Assembly: GCA_024679065.1 (NCBI GenBank)
Contig: JAGIQG010000001.1
Span: forward strand, 99,882,001-99,946,000
DNA length: 64,000 nt
Source: Sphyrna mokarran
Lineage: Eukaryota
Direction: 5' to 3'
Part shown: piece by piece, positions 25,790 through 37,411 of the stretch
Layout of the letters: the number at the start of each line of letters is the position of its first letter
Position numbering within the stretch: position 1 is the first letter of the stretch
Program-made: the position numbers and the translations under genes
The notes under the pieces: generated by a model
Seen by the model: only the letters and a program-made list of their open reading frames with translations
Told to the model about the DNA's origin: nothing
Database searches by the model: none

Positions 25790-26720
25790 CACATCCATTC
25801 ACGATTAAGTGAAGCACATTTACCTGCCTGAAACAGAGTGATATTTAACACTAAAATTCATATTCAAATAATGTTCATGACTGCAATTAGGAGAATAAAT
25901 GTTTAAAAATTAATCAATTTCAATACATTATAACTGCATATGCCATCAGACCACGCATATAGCTGTTTACTATTCATCCCTTCATAATAAGCCTCTACGG
26001 CGCCAATATGACATTTTCAGCTCCTATAATTTGCATCCTTGTGGCGATCTTAAGTGAAATTACTCTAATTAGTGCCAATTAGTGCAGAATATCAGGCTAG
26101 TTTAGCTCTATGGTTTTGTCTTTACTGGGAATTAGCTGAGATTGCCTGAACTCATTAAGTATCAAGTGCTTTTCCTATTTCATAATAGCTTACTTTATTT
26201 TATTACAATTTTACTAATGTTTGCTTGGCAGTTAAAATGGTGCTAATACCTCCATAAGGTTAACTTGCTAAATGATACATTTTAAGTCGCAATTACTTTT
26301 TAGCAATACCATCAGTATAAAGCAGTTTAACTGTGAACTGGTTCTCAAATTGTAAGGGTTGGTTTTACCTATGTCAGTAAAAACAGAGAGCCTTAATGGA
26401 TGACTGCACTATTTGGCGGATTGCAGGAACTGCTTACGATTTTGTGTCCATGCAATCTTCCCATAGGCATGGAGCCAAAAGGCAGAACTCCCTGGCTGTA
26501 ACACACTGTGGTATATCTAACCCTGTAACAACTTCACTCTATAGTGTGTGGCTGGGCTGGATGGAAACTGCTGTCATTAGTTTCCAGTTACTCACTGGCA
26601 CTGAAGTGATGCAGTTAGTCCCAGCAAGAGACTGGCATCAGTATTGCAATGAGTGTGATGAATCTGTACTCCTAAAGCTGATTTTTAAAAATCTAACTGA
26701 CAAAATGCCACCATCAGTGC
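25790..26720. promoter_or_regulatory. Candidate conserved non-coding element/enhancer
   Basis: Repeat-free; FOX TGTTTAC (25964), octamer ATTTGCAT (26029), tandem AATTAGTGC x2 (26067-26085), retained CpGs. Confidence 0.4.
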
Positions 26721-27904
26721 ACCATAAAGTTGTGATGACCTGGAGAAAGTGACTGTATTTGTGTAAATTATGTGAGCAATGTGAATGCCCACAAATCCAC
26801 TAAAAATTGCCCCAATTTCTGGCCAATTCGTGTGCAAACAGAAAGTTTCATCAGTTACCATTAGTTATATTAAATTTCTTCCCAGGTAGAAACAACTCCC
26901 ATTGCCCAAGATACTGTGCATTTCATGTTCAGGTATAGATTAGAGATACAGCTCATAATGTTTTAATAATAACAGCCCTGAGATTTCGAAGCCTCTTGCC
27001 TTGTCGATGTGTTTTAACCTGGCTCACAAGACATTGACTGTGGGACATAGCTTGCTAACACTTGGGAATTATAACTGGTAATTTTAAAGGCTCCATGAAC
27101 AAAATGTATTTAAAAATCAATGGAAGAAAACTTGACACCTCCCCCCCTCACTATTTGGATTGATTTTATTTCAGAAAGCAAAGTGAAGGGCCAAGCTCAT
27201 TAGATAGCCCCAAGGTTAAACAGAGTCAAATAGAAATTCCAAAAGCACTCATCAGCTGATGCCAGGTTTGGATTTTAAAAGCATGAGTGTCTCACAAGGA
27301 AGAAATGATGTAAAATATAGCAAAGACAATCCATCAAAACCATTTTGGTGTTGATGCCCAAGTGGTGGCCCTAGACCTATTCAGAAAGGACATGCTAAAA
27401 GTTTTTACAGTTATGCGAGTGAAACTTCATCTGCATCAGGAACCCGGCACAAAGTCAATCAAGAGACTCCACTCCAGCCAGAATTTGGAGCTTTGGGACT
27501 GCAATAAAAATTATAGGAGAGCCACCAGCCCTGACCGCACCCATACAGGCAACTCATCCTTCAGTCTGACAATGGCCAGGAGGGGAAGGAGAGATGCTGG
27601 GGGACCAGAAAAATTGGGTAGGACTGTATATTTACGCTTCTACAGGAGCAAGTGAAGAAAGAGCAGAGGATGATCACCCGTAGTTTAATTAAAAATAGAA
27701 AAAAAAGAAAGGTTCAATGGAGAAAGAAGGGCTGAAACTGGACAATAATACTGAGAGAGGAATCACTTATTGATTTGGAAAAGAGATCTGAGAAGACCAT
27801 CCCAACATATGGAAGCAGAGATTTGGTCTTTAGGGAAAGTTGAGTGATCTTTGAATGAGAAAGAAATGTTTGACAGCTTTAACTTTGGAAGAGTTATTGG
27901 ACTC

Positions 27905-28974
27905 TGTTGTGATCCCTGTAGAGATAGTTTTTAAAAGGTATTTAAAATTCAGCACCCATTGAAATGATCGCACAAGATTTTGGGTGGATTTTACTCATCC
28001 CTCATCCTAAAAACATAAATGGAAAGTCAATGGATCTTCTCAGTGAACAAATTCAAAACAAATTTGACAAAGCATTATTTTTGAAGGAAACTTGCTCTAT
28101 AAACTACAGAGAAGTTTCTCATTTAACTTCTGAAATGTTCAAAAAGCCTCTCCATAATTATACTTAGTCCCTTAGGTGGACATTTCAATAGTCAAAAGCT
28201 ACACTCAGATCTTGATGTCTAGTTTCCCCTTTTCCAGATGGATAGTTTCTAATTTCTGAACTGACTTTTCCAGAGAGGCCTATCCTGGAGATTCCTCCGT
28301 CTAGCCAAAGTTAGGAGAATTTTGCAACGTCATTTAAATTCTCATGATTTAAGTTTAAGGTCACGAGTTCAGGGTCGAGGGGGTGGGGGGCAAGGTTCAA
28401 TAGAGATATGCGGGGTACGTTTTTTACACAGAGGGTAGTGGAGGCTTGGAATGCATTATCAAGCAAGGTAGTTGAGGCAGACACACTAGGATCATTTAAG
28501 ACTTATCTAGATAGCCCCATGAACAGACTGGGAATAGAGGGATACAAACGAATGGTCGAGTAAGGAACACATGATTGGTGCAGGCTTGGAGGGCCAAAGG
28601 GCCTGTTACTGTGTTGTATTGTTTTTTGTTCTTTATGAACGCGGTCTCCTTGTTGCAAGTACAAGCTCCTACCCACATATTGGGTGGCGAATAATAGAGC
28701 CTAGTTGCTTCTATGCTTTGTTTTTTCTCAGCTTCTTACAGACTAACCTACCTGTGGGGTTGAGGGGTAACTTAAAAAAAGCCCAGTACCCTAATATGAT
28801 AGTGAGTTGTTATGGACTCTTTTCATCTTAAAGCCCATCTTCATGGCAAGATGAATCAGATGAGCCTTATATCCATTTAGAAATGTTAATTAGCTATCCT
28901 TTAAAACCCCAATCCCATTCCATCTTAAAATTAAATAGACAGTTTAAACTATACAAAAGCTAACATTCCTAACA
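27905..28974. mobile_element. Probable solo LTR containing a CR1 insertion
   Basis: Begins TGTTGTGA and ends TCCTAACA (TG...CA, short inverted ends); no clear TSD. Confidence 0.35.
28350..28635 (+). mobile_element. CR1 3' end
   Basis: GHEFRVEG...FFTQRVVEAWNAL; 3'UTR gggccaaagggcctgtt...gtattgttttttgttct. Confidence 0.85.
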
Positions 28975-29863
28975 CTTTCTATATAAGACTTGAAGACTAA
29001 GGACAGGTCAGGAAGACTCCACATTTGGTTTCTGACAGATTCATTTTTTATCAGCTAGAGAAAGGACGAGGTGCAATATGCTGAATTAAAACGTTTTGGC
29101 TCATCCAAGGGCCTAATTTTAAAATAAAGCTCACCGCTAGATGCCAGCTAATTCCCAGGCAGCAATATGGGAGTCACAAATTGACACAGTAAATGTAAGT
29201 ACTCTTAAAGTGTAGGTAAGATCTGTACAACTGTGATGATATGTAGTTTATTAAAAAGCTATGGCTGTCAATGAGAGATTTAAAAAACACATTACTGGGC
29301 TGCCTTGATTGACACATGTAGGTCATGCAATGTTTGCTAATATTTGCAGGAGTGGTTGGGGAAGGTTTAAACTAAAATGATAGGGGTGGGAACATATATA
29401 CAAGGAGTCAGAGAAAGGCAAAACAAGGACAAGAACGAAGGACAGAAAGTGGAATAAGAGAGAGAAATGAGGGTCCAAAATCAAACAGTGAAAAATAATG
29501 GGAATGGGACAAGGAATGTTAAAAAGAGAAGTGTGAATGCTTTGTGCCTTAATGCACTCAGCATTTGCAATAAAGTAAATGAATTAATTGCACAAATTGA
29601 TGTAAGTGAGTATGATAGTGTCAGGATAATGGAGACATGGCTACAAGCTGAATAGAGATTAGAACTTAACATACAGACGTATTCATTATTTAGAAAGAAC
29701 AGACAAAAAGGAGCAGGTGGTGGGGTTGCATTTCTTGTTAAAGTGAAGGAGGATATTAGCTCCACTGATGTGGAATTTATATGAGTAGAGCTAAGAAACT
29801 TCAAGTGACAAAAATGTTAGCAGGGCTGTATAGTGACCCCCAAATGTAGTGGTGATGTTGGAA

Positions 29864-30080
29864 ATAATAAGAAGTCTCACAACACCAGGTTAAAGTCCAA
29901 CAGGTTTATTTGGTAGCACGAGCTTTCAGAGCATTGCTTCTTCATCGGGTGAGTGCTACAAAAGATGAAGAGGCAGTGCTCCGAAAGCTCGTGCTACCAA
30001 ATAAACCTGTTGGATTTTAACCTGGTGTTTTGAAACTTTTTATTGTGCCAGCCCCAGTCCAATGCTGGCATCTTCTCACA
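29864..30080. mobile_element. Penelope-like inverted pLTR insertion, family A
   Basis: Inverted arms that each contain a hammerhead-like core, plus a one-sided tail. TSD ATGTTGGAA at 29855-29863 and 30081-30089. Confidence 0.9.
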
Positions 30081-30328
30081 ATGTTGGAATTGGTATCAAA
30101 CAGGAAATTAGAGACGTGTAATAACACAATATCTGTAATTATGGATGACTTTAATCTGCATATAAATTGGGCAAGTCAAATTAGCCACAATACAGTAGAG
30201 GAGGAATTTCTGGAGTTGAATGGGATTGTTTTCTGGGGCAAAAGTTTGAGGGACCAACTCTAGGAACAGGCCATCCTAAATTGAGTATTGTGTAATGAGA
30301 AATGAATAACATTACACAATCATATTAT

Positions 30329-30417
30329 ATTCTATCATATTATACTTGCTCATCCACAATGGACCTCACTCATTGAGTGAGGCCCATTGTGGATGAGCAA
30401 GTATAACATGACAGAAT
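30329..30417. repeat. 89-bp near-perfect palindrome (fold-back duplication)
   Basis: 44-bp arms around T30373 with 3 mismatches. Confidence 0.9.
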
Positions 30418-31216
30418 TTTTAATCAAAATGGAGAATGAGATAGTTGATTCTGAGACTAGGGTCCTGAATCTAAATAAAGGAACTTCAAAGGAATAAGGC
30501 ACGCATTGGCTACGATGAATTGGGGGATGTTACTTAAAGGGATGACAGTGGATGGGCAATGGCAAACATTCAAAGAGCACATGGGTGAACTGTAACAATT
30601 GTTTATTCCTGTCTGGCATAAAAATAAAACAGGCAAGGTGCCAAACCAGGGCTTACAAAGGTAATTAGAAATAGAATTAGAGCCAAAGAAGAGGCATATA
30701 AATTGACCAGAAAAAGCAGCAGATCTGAGGATTGGAAGCATTTAGAATTCAGCAAAGGAAAACTAAGGGATTTATTAAGGAGGGGAAAATAGAATATGAG
30801 AGTAAGATTGCAGGGGCTCTGACCCAAATTTTCAATTCTTCTCTGATCAGCAGATTATTGGAGAACAGCTAAGGAGATTCTGCTATTTAAGAAGGGAAGT
30901 AGAGATAAGTCACTGAACTATGGACCAGTTTCACATCAGTGGTAGGGAAATTATTAGAGAAACTTCTGAAGGAGAGCATCTATCTCCACTTGGAGAGGCA
31001 AAGCTTGAACAGGGATAATCAGCATGGCTTTGTCAGAGGGAGCTCATGCATCATAAATTTGATTGAATTCTTCTGGTCCTGCTGCTGTCAATGGGAGTTA
31101 TGATGTAAAGATGCCGGCATTGGACTGGGGTGGTAAGAACTCAGTAAGAATTTAGCAACACCAATTTTAAATCCAACCGATTTATTTGATAGTAAATCTG
31201 CAAGCTTTCAACAGCC

Positions 31217-32401
31217 ATGGGGACCAAATTCGCACCTCAGTATGCCAACATCTTCATGCACAGGTTCAAACAAGACTTCTTCACCACACGAGATCTTCAA
31301 CTAAGGTTATATACTAGATACATTGATGACATCTTTTTCCTTTGGACTCATGGTGAACAATCATTGAAACAACTGTATGATGATATCAACAAGTTCCATC
31401 TCACCATCAGACTCACCATGGACTATTCTCCAGAATAAGTTGCATTCTTGGACACACGCATCTCCATCAAAGACGGTCACCTCAGCACCTCACTGTACTG
31501 CAAACCGACAGACAACCTCACAATGCTCCACTTCTCCAGCTTCCACCCTAGACACGTTAAAGAAGCCATTCCCCATGGACAAGCCCTCCGTATACACAGA
31601 ATTTGCTCAGATGAGGAGGATCATGACAGACACCTCCAGACGCTGAAGGATGCCCTCGTGAGAACAGGATATGGCGCTCGACTCATCGATCGACAGTTCC
31701 GACGTGCCACAACGATAAACCGCACTGACCTCCTCAGAAGACGAACACGGGACACGGTGGACAGAGTACCCTTTGTTGTCCAGTACTTCCCCGGAGCGGA
31801 GAAGCTACGACATCTTCTCCGGAGTCTTCAACATATCATTGATGACGATGAACATCTCGCTAGGGCCATCCCCACCCCCCCACTTCTTGCTTTCAGACAA
31901 CTGCACAACCTCAAACAGATCATTGTTCGCAGCAAACTACCCAACCTTCAGGAGAACAGTGACCACAATACCACACAACCCTGCCACAGCAACCTCTGCA
32001 AGACATGCCGGATCATAGACATGGACGACATCATCAAACGTGAGGATACCATTCACCAGGTGCACGATACATACTCTTGCAACTCGGCCAACGTTGTCTA
32101 CCTAATACGTTGCAAGAAAGGATGTCCCGAAGCATGGTACATTGGGGAGACCATGCAGACACTACAACAGCGGATGAATGAGCATCGCTCAACAATCACC
32201 AGGCAAAACAGTTCCCTTCCTGTGGGTGAACACTTCAGCAGTCATGGGCATTCGGCCTCCGACCTGCGGGTAAATGTTCTTCAAGGGGGCCTTCGTGACA
32301 CACGACAGCACAGAGTCACTGAGCAGAGACTGATAGCCAAGTTCCGCACACATGAGGATGGTCTTAATAGGGATCTTGGCTTCATGACACACTATCTGTA
32401 A
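31217..32401 (+). pseudogene. Penelope reverse transcriptase C-terminal part plus GIY-YIG endonuclease
   Basis: ORFs 31217-31438 and 31448-32401 are in the same frame, separated by one TAA. Motifs MGTKFAPQYANIFM, RYIDD, CxxxxCxxC, VVYLIRC...WYIGET, RMNEH, VGEHF, GLNRD. Confidence 0.92.
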
Positions 32402-32619
32402 CCCCCGTAACTTGCCTGGGTTAGCAAAAAACCTCACTTACTGTGCTGTCTGGAGAAAATACACAATTCTCTAACCAATGCTCAGGATTCCCTTCACACA
32501 CATTGTTAGCCACTTTAACACTTGAATAGCAGGTTAGATGTAAGGGTTCGCATTCTAATCAGCAATCTCTGACTGTCTGTGCTGATGTGTGCTATTGCAG
32601 ACCGGAACACTGCATTTGC

Positions 32620-32650
32620 CTGACGAAGACACAGAGTGTTGAAAGCTCGC
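32620..32650 (+). ncRNA. Hammerhead-ribozyme-like core in Penelope pLTR
   Basis: CTGACGA-A-GACAC(AGA)GTGTT-GAAA-GCTCGC. Helix I and the canonical UH triplet are not evident. Confidence 0.45.
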
Positions 32651-32821
32651 AGATTTACTATCAAATAAATCGGTTGGATTTAAAATTGGTGTTGCTAAAT
32701 TCTTACTGAGTCAATGGGAGTTCCCATGGATTTACCCCACACTGCTGGGAAATCTATGGGTAGGGATGTGCTGTCAGCAGGGCCAGAGGATCTCATTGGC
32801 ACGAATAGCCAGAGAATTCGT

Positions 32822-33095
32822 CTATTGAGTTGGTTAGGATTATTTTTGCTGGAGTTTAGAAGAATGAGGGAGAATCTCACAGAAACCTACAAAATTCTAA
32901 CAGAGCTTGACTGGGTAGGAAATAGGACTGGTAGGACTTGGCAGGAAGATGTTCCAGAATCAGGGTACATAATGTAAGGATATGGGGTAAACCTTTTAGA
33001 ACTGAGATGAGGAGAAATTTCCTCACCCAGAGTAGTAAGCTTGTACAAAGCAGTTGAGACCAAAACGTTGTATGTTTTCAAGAAGGAATTAGACA
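32822..33095 (+). mobile_element. CR1 C-terminal fragment
   Basis: LGLFLLEFRRMRENLTETYKIL (ORF 32714-32977). Confidence 0.8.
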
Positions 33096-34249
33096 ACTCT
33101 GTCACACTATGTTTTTGGAGTAGAGTGTCATATTCCAATTCTATTATTTTCCAGTAACAAGCCATTGATTTTCACTTTCTAATCTTACTGATCTTTCATT
33201 GTTAACATTATCACATATAAAAACCAGTGAGCACACTGTCCAAGCATGTAACCCATTTTAACAAAAGAAACAGAAATTAAATAAAACCATCTTGTGAACA
33301 TCAAAATATATATCGTCCGGCATTCTCTATTACTCTTAACAGTACTAAGAAACTGTGGTTAGTGCTATCATTGCATGACTACATGATACATTCATAACAA
33401 ATTCCTTTTTCCACTATTTTAAGAGATGTTATTTTAAATGAATTGTCACCTCCATTAACCCAGAAGAGAATGACGTTTGATATGGAGATATTGGCTGGAA
33501 CTTTATCACCTCACCAGCCACAGAAACAAAGCGGGTGAGGGTCTAACAATGGAAATCTCCCTTGACCTTGGGCTGGGATTTCTGGTTTCGCTCCAGCAAG
33601 GCTGTAAAATCCCATTCATTGTCATGATCTGCATTTGTTCAAATACATTTTCTCACACTCAGTGCTGTAGTTCTTTTACACAGGCAAGTTCTATGAATTG
33701 CAACTTACCTTTATGCAAATTGAGTTACTTAGGCGCAGGGCAAGAAGTGATTCATTTCTACAATGAATCTTTGTACCTTACAGAATTTCATTGCACACTG
33801 GATTTCAATGACTGGTAACAGTCCAATGGATCACATCGTGCAGTCTAAAGAAGATAGGCCTGAAATTCAACTTGGACCAGAATGACTGGCAATATATTTG
33901 AAATAATCTCAGCAAAAAAGAAAGTAAAAAATATATTGCTTCTTTGTATACGTCTTCCAGTGTTCATTTTAATGACTGCTGGTTAAGTCACTGAAGACAT
34001 GGAGCATGAGTGGAAATTTAGCCCCCCTATTTGTAACATTTTCTAGGTGTTTAAACATTCCTATTTGACTAAAATTGTCACAAGGGACATGATTTTTGAG
34101 CCTCACTTGTGACCACATGCTGGGGTTTTCAAATCTTGAAATTTTCTTTTGGAAGTGGAGCCAAAATGTGTAACCACGAGCAGCAGCTGGAGTCAAGCCA
34201 TGTGAAAATCCTGAGAGACAGATCAGAGTACAGACAGCAGAGAACTTTA

Positions 34250-34460
34250 TCACATAGGGTGGTGGAGGCTGGATTGTTAAGTATGTTCAAAGCTGAGATA
34301 GACAGATTTTTAATCAGTCAGGGAATTTAGGGGTTGTGGGTATAAGGCAGGAAAGTGGAGTTGAAGATTATTTCAGATCAGTGATGATCTCATTGAATGG
34401 AGGAGCAGACTCAATGGGCCAAATGACACACTTCTCTTCTAAGTCTTATGGTCTTATTGG
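34250..34460 (+). mobile_element. CR1 3' end
   Basis: RVVEAGLLSMFKAEIDRFL; tail gtcttatggtctta. Confidence 0.8.
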
Positions 34461-34900
34461 GTGAACGTTGTGATACAAAGAAGGAGCGCAGCTAGTGGAA
34501 AACACTGGCATTGATGTTTGCAGCTTCTGTTTGTAATAAAAATCAGCAACAATCTCCATCCCCTCCCAGGAGTCATCATATTTCCCTGGATTTGCTCAGT
34601 AGGGCCTTCACTGTAGCTCTACTATCACTGCCATTTCTCTCCAGGGCAGATCTAACTGTGGGGATTGATAGAAGGGTCTGTTTTCAAATGCGGTCAACAT
34701 AAGTGGATGTCCCACCACCACACCTAGAGCCCACTTTCACAGCAGTATTACTGTGTAGATAGGTCTATTTATCTCCATTAATTTCTGCATCACTTTAATA
34801 TTTCTGTTCACAGTGCAGCATGTTGATGTATCAGTCTCACTAGAGCGTCATCTGTTTAACATGGTCACAAAAGTTTCAAATGTTCTTCCACTAATGAAGA

Positions 34901-35177
34901 GGGTGGCACCATAGTTAGCACTGCTGGATCACAGCGCCAGGGACCTGGGTTTGATTCCCAGTTTGGATCACTGCCTGGGGTGGGGTCTGCACATTGTCTG
35001 CATGGGTTTCCTCCCACAGTTTGAAAGATGTGCTGGTTGGTGCATCAGCCATGCTAAATTCTCTCTCAGTGTATCCGAACAGGGTCCAGAACATGACAAC
35101 TAGGGGATTTTCACAGTAACTTAATTGCCAAGTATATGTAAGCCTCCTTGTGACACTAATAAATAAACTTTAAACTA
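34901..35177 (+). mobile_element. HE1/V-SINE (tail type 2)
   Basis: Head gttagcactgctggatcacagcgccagggacctgggtttgattcc; tail gtgacactaataaataaactttaaact. Confidence 0.85.
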
Positions 35178-35588
35178 AATATTTCAGAATTCCTGCATCA
35201 GTGGATTTATAACATAATTTAGATGGGGCTTTTGATGATTATTAATCTGTTTGAAAAGAGGCCTTTTGACGAAAATAATTTGAGAACCACTCTGCAGGAG
35301 CTATGATTTGTAATGGCATCCATGAATTTCTGGCGGTCCAGCCCTGGAACCATAGAACCAAAATGGTCTTCTAGACTTTGCAGGGTGTTAATGAAATAAT
35401 CTCTCCATCGGGAAAAAGTGAGGGAAATCCAAGAAGGGAAAGAAAGAAAATGAAGACAGATCACCTGTATTATACTGGAGTTAATCAAACCCAATTTTGG
35501 TACATTTTGGCTGTAAACTAAAATATCTCCAGAAAATCTATCATATTCACTATCTGCACAAAACAGAGATTCTAGACTGATAAACAAA

Positions 35589-35945
35589 GAGAGGCAATGG
35601 CTGAGTGATATTATCATTAGGCTGTTAATCCAGAAACTCAGTTTAATGTTCTGGGACCTGGATTCGAATCCCACCATAGCAGATGCAGAATATGAATTCA
35701 ATAAAAAAAATCTGGAATTAAGAATCTCTGATGACCATGAAACCACTGCCAATTGTTGGAAACACTCACCTAGTTCACCAGTGCCTTTTAGAGAAGGAAG
35801 TCTGCTGTCTTTACCCAGTCTGGCTTACATGTGACTCCAGATCCACAGCAACATGGTTGACTTTCAACTTGCTTCTGAAAAAGGGCAACTAGGCATGGGC
35901 AATAAATGCTGGCCAGCCAGCGATGCCCATGTCCCACAAATAAAT
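35589..35945 (+). mobile_element. tRNA-headed bipartite SINE
   Basis: B-box-like gattcgaatcc; body as at 23678; tail gggcaactaggcatgggcaataaatgctggccagccagcgatgccc; approximate TSD taa(a/g)caaa. Confidence 0.85.
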
Positions 35946-36675
35946 TAAGCAAACATGATCCTTTGTCTATACAGACAAAAATATGAAAGGAATAATAGGT
36001 TGAATTTTTTTCATAGTAATACAGTTTATAAACTGAGTTCTGATCTGTTAGTGATTCAATAAACTTGGACTGAGATTTATACATCAACAGTCAATCTGTG
36101 TTGGTGGGAGGTTGTGTAGTGCAGTGGCTGCATCCTTATACCTCTGGGACAGAAACTCCAGCTTCCAGACCCACACTGAGACTTTTTGGCCACAGATAGA
36201 GTGTTTATGATGTGGTTTGACTGGCTGATAATCAGTCTGGGAATCTTTCCACTGCCTGCCCCACTATTCCCCGAAGGGAAAATGTATCTGTAAAAATATG
36301 TAGAAAACAAATCCAAGTTGGTTTTAAGTTCATAAAGAAAAAATACAATTCATGATTTTTAATGTAAATGTCTTTTTTAAGAGTTCCTCTCTTGATTTAT
36401 GAGATGGTGAGGTTAGCACATCTTCTAACATCTGTTAGAAGCTGATAGCTTACACACTTGGAACTTGCTGGCTTCCAACATAGCAACTCATTTCCCAGAG
36501 ATAGGGAAATCTCTGGGAAATTTCCAGAGATCACAAGGGATCACAAGTTGAATTCACTCCTCTAGCCTTCATAATAGAATAGAAAATTTGCAAAATTGGG
36601 TTATGGATCTATGCCCTCCCCAGAACAATCATATTATTGACATAAACAAGGTTGAAATGTTAAAATGGCTGATGC

Positions 36676-37047
36676 AGAGAGTGTGTAATGGAAAGGGACT
36701 GATTATAGAGACTGTGTACTGGAAAGGGACTGATTGTAGAGAGTGTGTAATGGAAAGGGGATGATTATAGAGACTGTGTAATGGAGAAGGACTGATTACA
36801 GAGAGTATGTAATAAAGGGAGACTGATTGCAGAGAGTATGTACTGGAGAGGGACTGATTACAGAGAGTGTGTAATGGAAAGAGACTGTTTACAGAGAGTG
36901 TGTAATGGAGAAGGGCTGATTGCAATGTGAATGTGTAATGGAGTGGGACTGATTACAGGGAGTGTAATGGAGTGGGGCTGGTTACAGACAGTGTGAAATA
37001 AAGTGTGGCTGATTACAGAGAGGGTGTAATCGAGTGGGCCTGATAAC
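36676..37047 (+). repeat. Minisatellite, 31-bp unit, ~12 copies
   Basis: Consensus approximately AGAGAGTGTGTAATGGARAGGGACTGATTAC, diverging toward the right end. Confidence 0.9.
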
Positions 37048-37411
37048 TGTGAGGGAGAGGAGCTAATTAAGGACGTATAAACTGGGAACAGGACGAGACT
37101 TTTTGACTACAAGCCAGCTCTATGATTTAATAAGATCTTCCTTTCTCAGACTATGTGCAGTAGCAGTGATTCCATCAGCACTTTGCCTGCTGGCCAAATT
37201 CCATGCTTAGAGCCTTATTCATTAGCCACATGTGACTTTCCCGATGAGATGCATGGCTAGCTGGCAGATGATTTATCCACTAGGTACTATAGCACTGGGG
37301 GAGTGGGTGCTCAAAGGTCCCAGTACAATGCGCAGTCCAGCATACTCCTATCATATTCTCTTGTCTTCACCAGACTGCACAAGATGTGCGGAACCCAGAG
37401 TCAAAAGGCAA

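Larger units (their letters stand above)
29335..31065 (+). mobile_element. CR1 ORF2 remnant (endonuclease to RT start) with nested insertions
   Basis: LCLNALSICNKVNEL, IMETWL, VIMDDFNLHINW, NYGPVS, QHGFVRGSSC. Confidence 0.85.
31100..32710 (+). mobile_element. Penelope-like (Poseidon-type) retroelement, 5'-truncated, family B
   Basis: Inverted pLTR at 31100-31212, RT + GIY-YIG ORF, 3' pLTR to 32710. TSD TCAATGGGAGTT at 31088-31099 and 32711-32722. Confidence 0.95.
31065..32820. mobile_element. Small MITE-like element split by the Penelope insertion
   Basis: Termini gaattcttctgg (31065) and ccagagaattc (ending 32819). The halves rejoin at the Penelope TSD; similar sequence lies near 63480-63630. 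Confidence 0.5.

Noticed and set aside
29134-29148. Second CTCF site (CCGCTAGATGCCAGC)
   Set aside because: It mismatches the conserved GG of the core.
33709-33859. - strand exon with a perfect AAG|GTAAGT donor
   Set aside because: There are stops in all three frames and the acceptor is weak, so it is not supportable without RNA data.
35219-35752. 177-aa ORF as a protein-coding gene
   Set aside because: Its start is antisense to a SINE and no domain is recognisable.
36676-37047. CRISPR array
   Set aside because: These are contiguous degenerate tandem units without spacers, there are no cas genes, and the context is eukaryotic.
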